Part shown: one piece after another, positions 62,831-64,000 of the stretch
How positions within the stretch are numbered: the stretch's first letter is position 1
Layout: every line of letters begins with the position of its first letter
NCBI GenBank assembly: GCA_977862235.1
Contig: OZ374563.1
Span: 620,001 to 684,000 of the forward strand
Source of the DNA: Dudresnaya verticillata
Lineage: Eukaryota
Reading direction: 5' to 3'
Length of the DNA: 64,000 nucleotides
Made by a program: the position numbers and the translations under genes
The notes under the pieces: model-generated
Told to the model about the DNA's origin: nothing
Databases searched by the model: none
Seen by the model: only the letters and a program-made list of their open reading frames with translations

Positions 62831-63318
62831 TCTACCACCGCTACCAGGTACCCGCTCTGTGGCTTTCTCATTAAGTGTAAGGGATGGCCTCGGAGCCTAA
62901 CGAATGGCCTCGTAGCCTAACGGAGAAACGAAAAGGGGTGGTAGCGTGGTAGAGCGGAGCGACCAGCACGAAGGACCACGGTGTCAACGTATTCGTGTGC
63001 GGAAGGGAGAACTCGAGCGATCGATCACCGGGGATGACTCCGGGTGCTCGGGGCTATCGGAAGCGAGGCTCGACCGTATCTGCGGTCACGAAGACGAAGA
63101 CACGGAACTCGAAGAAAAAGGCGTTTACCGAAGACCCCGAGGTCCGGGCGCTAGTCGCTTACTGGAAACCCTCGGAGGTTGTGCCAGACGACTGGCTAAG
63201 TAATACTACGTGAGCACGAATGCGCGTCAACACGGGAGACGGTTCGTACTCGAATGATTCGTAACGGCCTCGGTGCCAACGAACGGTCGCCTCACGTATG
63301 GTGGCGGTTGCGAAGTGC

Positions 63319-64000
63319 TGTGGTGTAGTGAAAACCCACGAACTCCGAGACGGACAGCTGGCCTCACTTTCCTTAACGGACGAGAGCAACACTACCTCCA
63401 CGGGGTGGTAGAGCAGTTCGCACCGTAACGGGAGAACAGCTAGCGGCTAACCGAGACGGATATTGGGAAGCAACAGACAAGGGGGTGGTACAAGTGCCGG
63501 GACGGACTCCGTAACGGTGGTGGTGGTAGACCGCAACGGGCTCGGCGCGGGGAAAACCGTAAAGGATTGGGCTAAGGTTGCTTACCCGTTTACCTTAGGA
63601 GCCGCTGCGGTGCCGCCCTGATATACAAGTCAGGGTGGCACCGAGTGGTCCGGTCCGTGGGGGCCAGACCCTAATGGTCTGGTCCTATGGTGGAATCGGC
63701 CCTGCTGGTCCCAATCTCCGACACCGACATGCGCAGCATTCTCATTGGCCGGCGCACTACTCTACATACTGTACATATACTCACTAAAAATAAAGAATAA
63801 ACACTACAAATACTCCGGTATGGTTGGTGCGCTACACTGCTGTACAGCAATGCGTACCAGCGTACAGCAACGCTCACAACACCGACACGGATACACGTTC
63901 ACACGTCGCACAACGGTAGAGACCACACTATATGCATTTCCACCGTCTTGGATGCCGAATCTCACTTCACCACAAGTGCGCCAGCGATGCGTACGGAGGT
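63319..64000 (-). repeat. LTR of the same family as 44813-45722, inverted, cut by the window edge
   Basis: The minus strand shares GCCGGCCAATGAGAATGC, GGGTCTGGCCC, ACGGACCGGACC, TAAACGGGTA, TCTACCACCCCG and the end TTTCACTACACCACA. No PBS follows, so it is a 3' or solo LTR. Confidence 0.82.

Noticed and set aside
45241..63780. Giant DNA transposon with long TIRs
   Set aside because: The inverted homology extends to TG...CA LTR ends with a PPT, so these are two related LTRs in opposite orientation.

Overview
Eukaryotic, transposon-saturated window with no intact host gene I can identify. GC is about 55%, and the chromodomain-bearing Ty3/Gypsy elements suggest a red-algal genome (inference only). 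Contents: (1) Gypsy/chromovirus element A (<1-12453). (2) A decayed Gypsy element B: gag-pol at about 13.7-20.7 kb, probable 3' half and 3' LTR at 41.6-45.7 kb. (3) A roughly 21-kb block between the two parts of B, with a CACTA/CMC-type transposase pseudogene, unknown ORFs, tandem repeats, palindromes and two identical CACTA-type termini. (4) A remnant element at 45.7-49.5 kb. (5) A structurally complete Gypsy element C (49486-62830, TSD TCTAC). (6) An inverted LTR at the right edge, related to the LTR assigned to B. The main observation is a large, unrecognised protein family encoded antisense between pol and the 3' LTR. It occurs in five highly diverged copies that share the core P-x-[VI]-x-x-Y-[LF]...[FL]-[RY]-x(1,2)-E-[WY]. 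Elements A and C also share an 18-nt PBS matching a tRNA-Tyr-type 3' end and a G_AAA_AAC gag-pol junction. All alignments were made by eye; no database searches were run.
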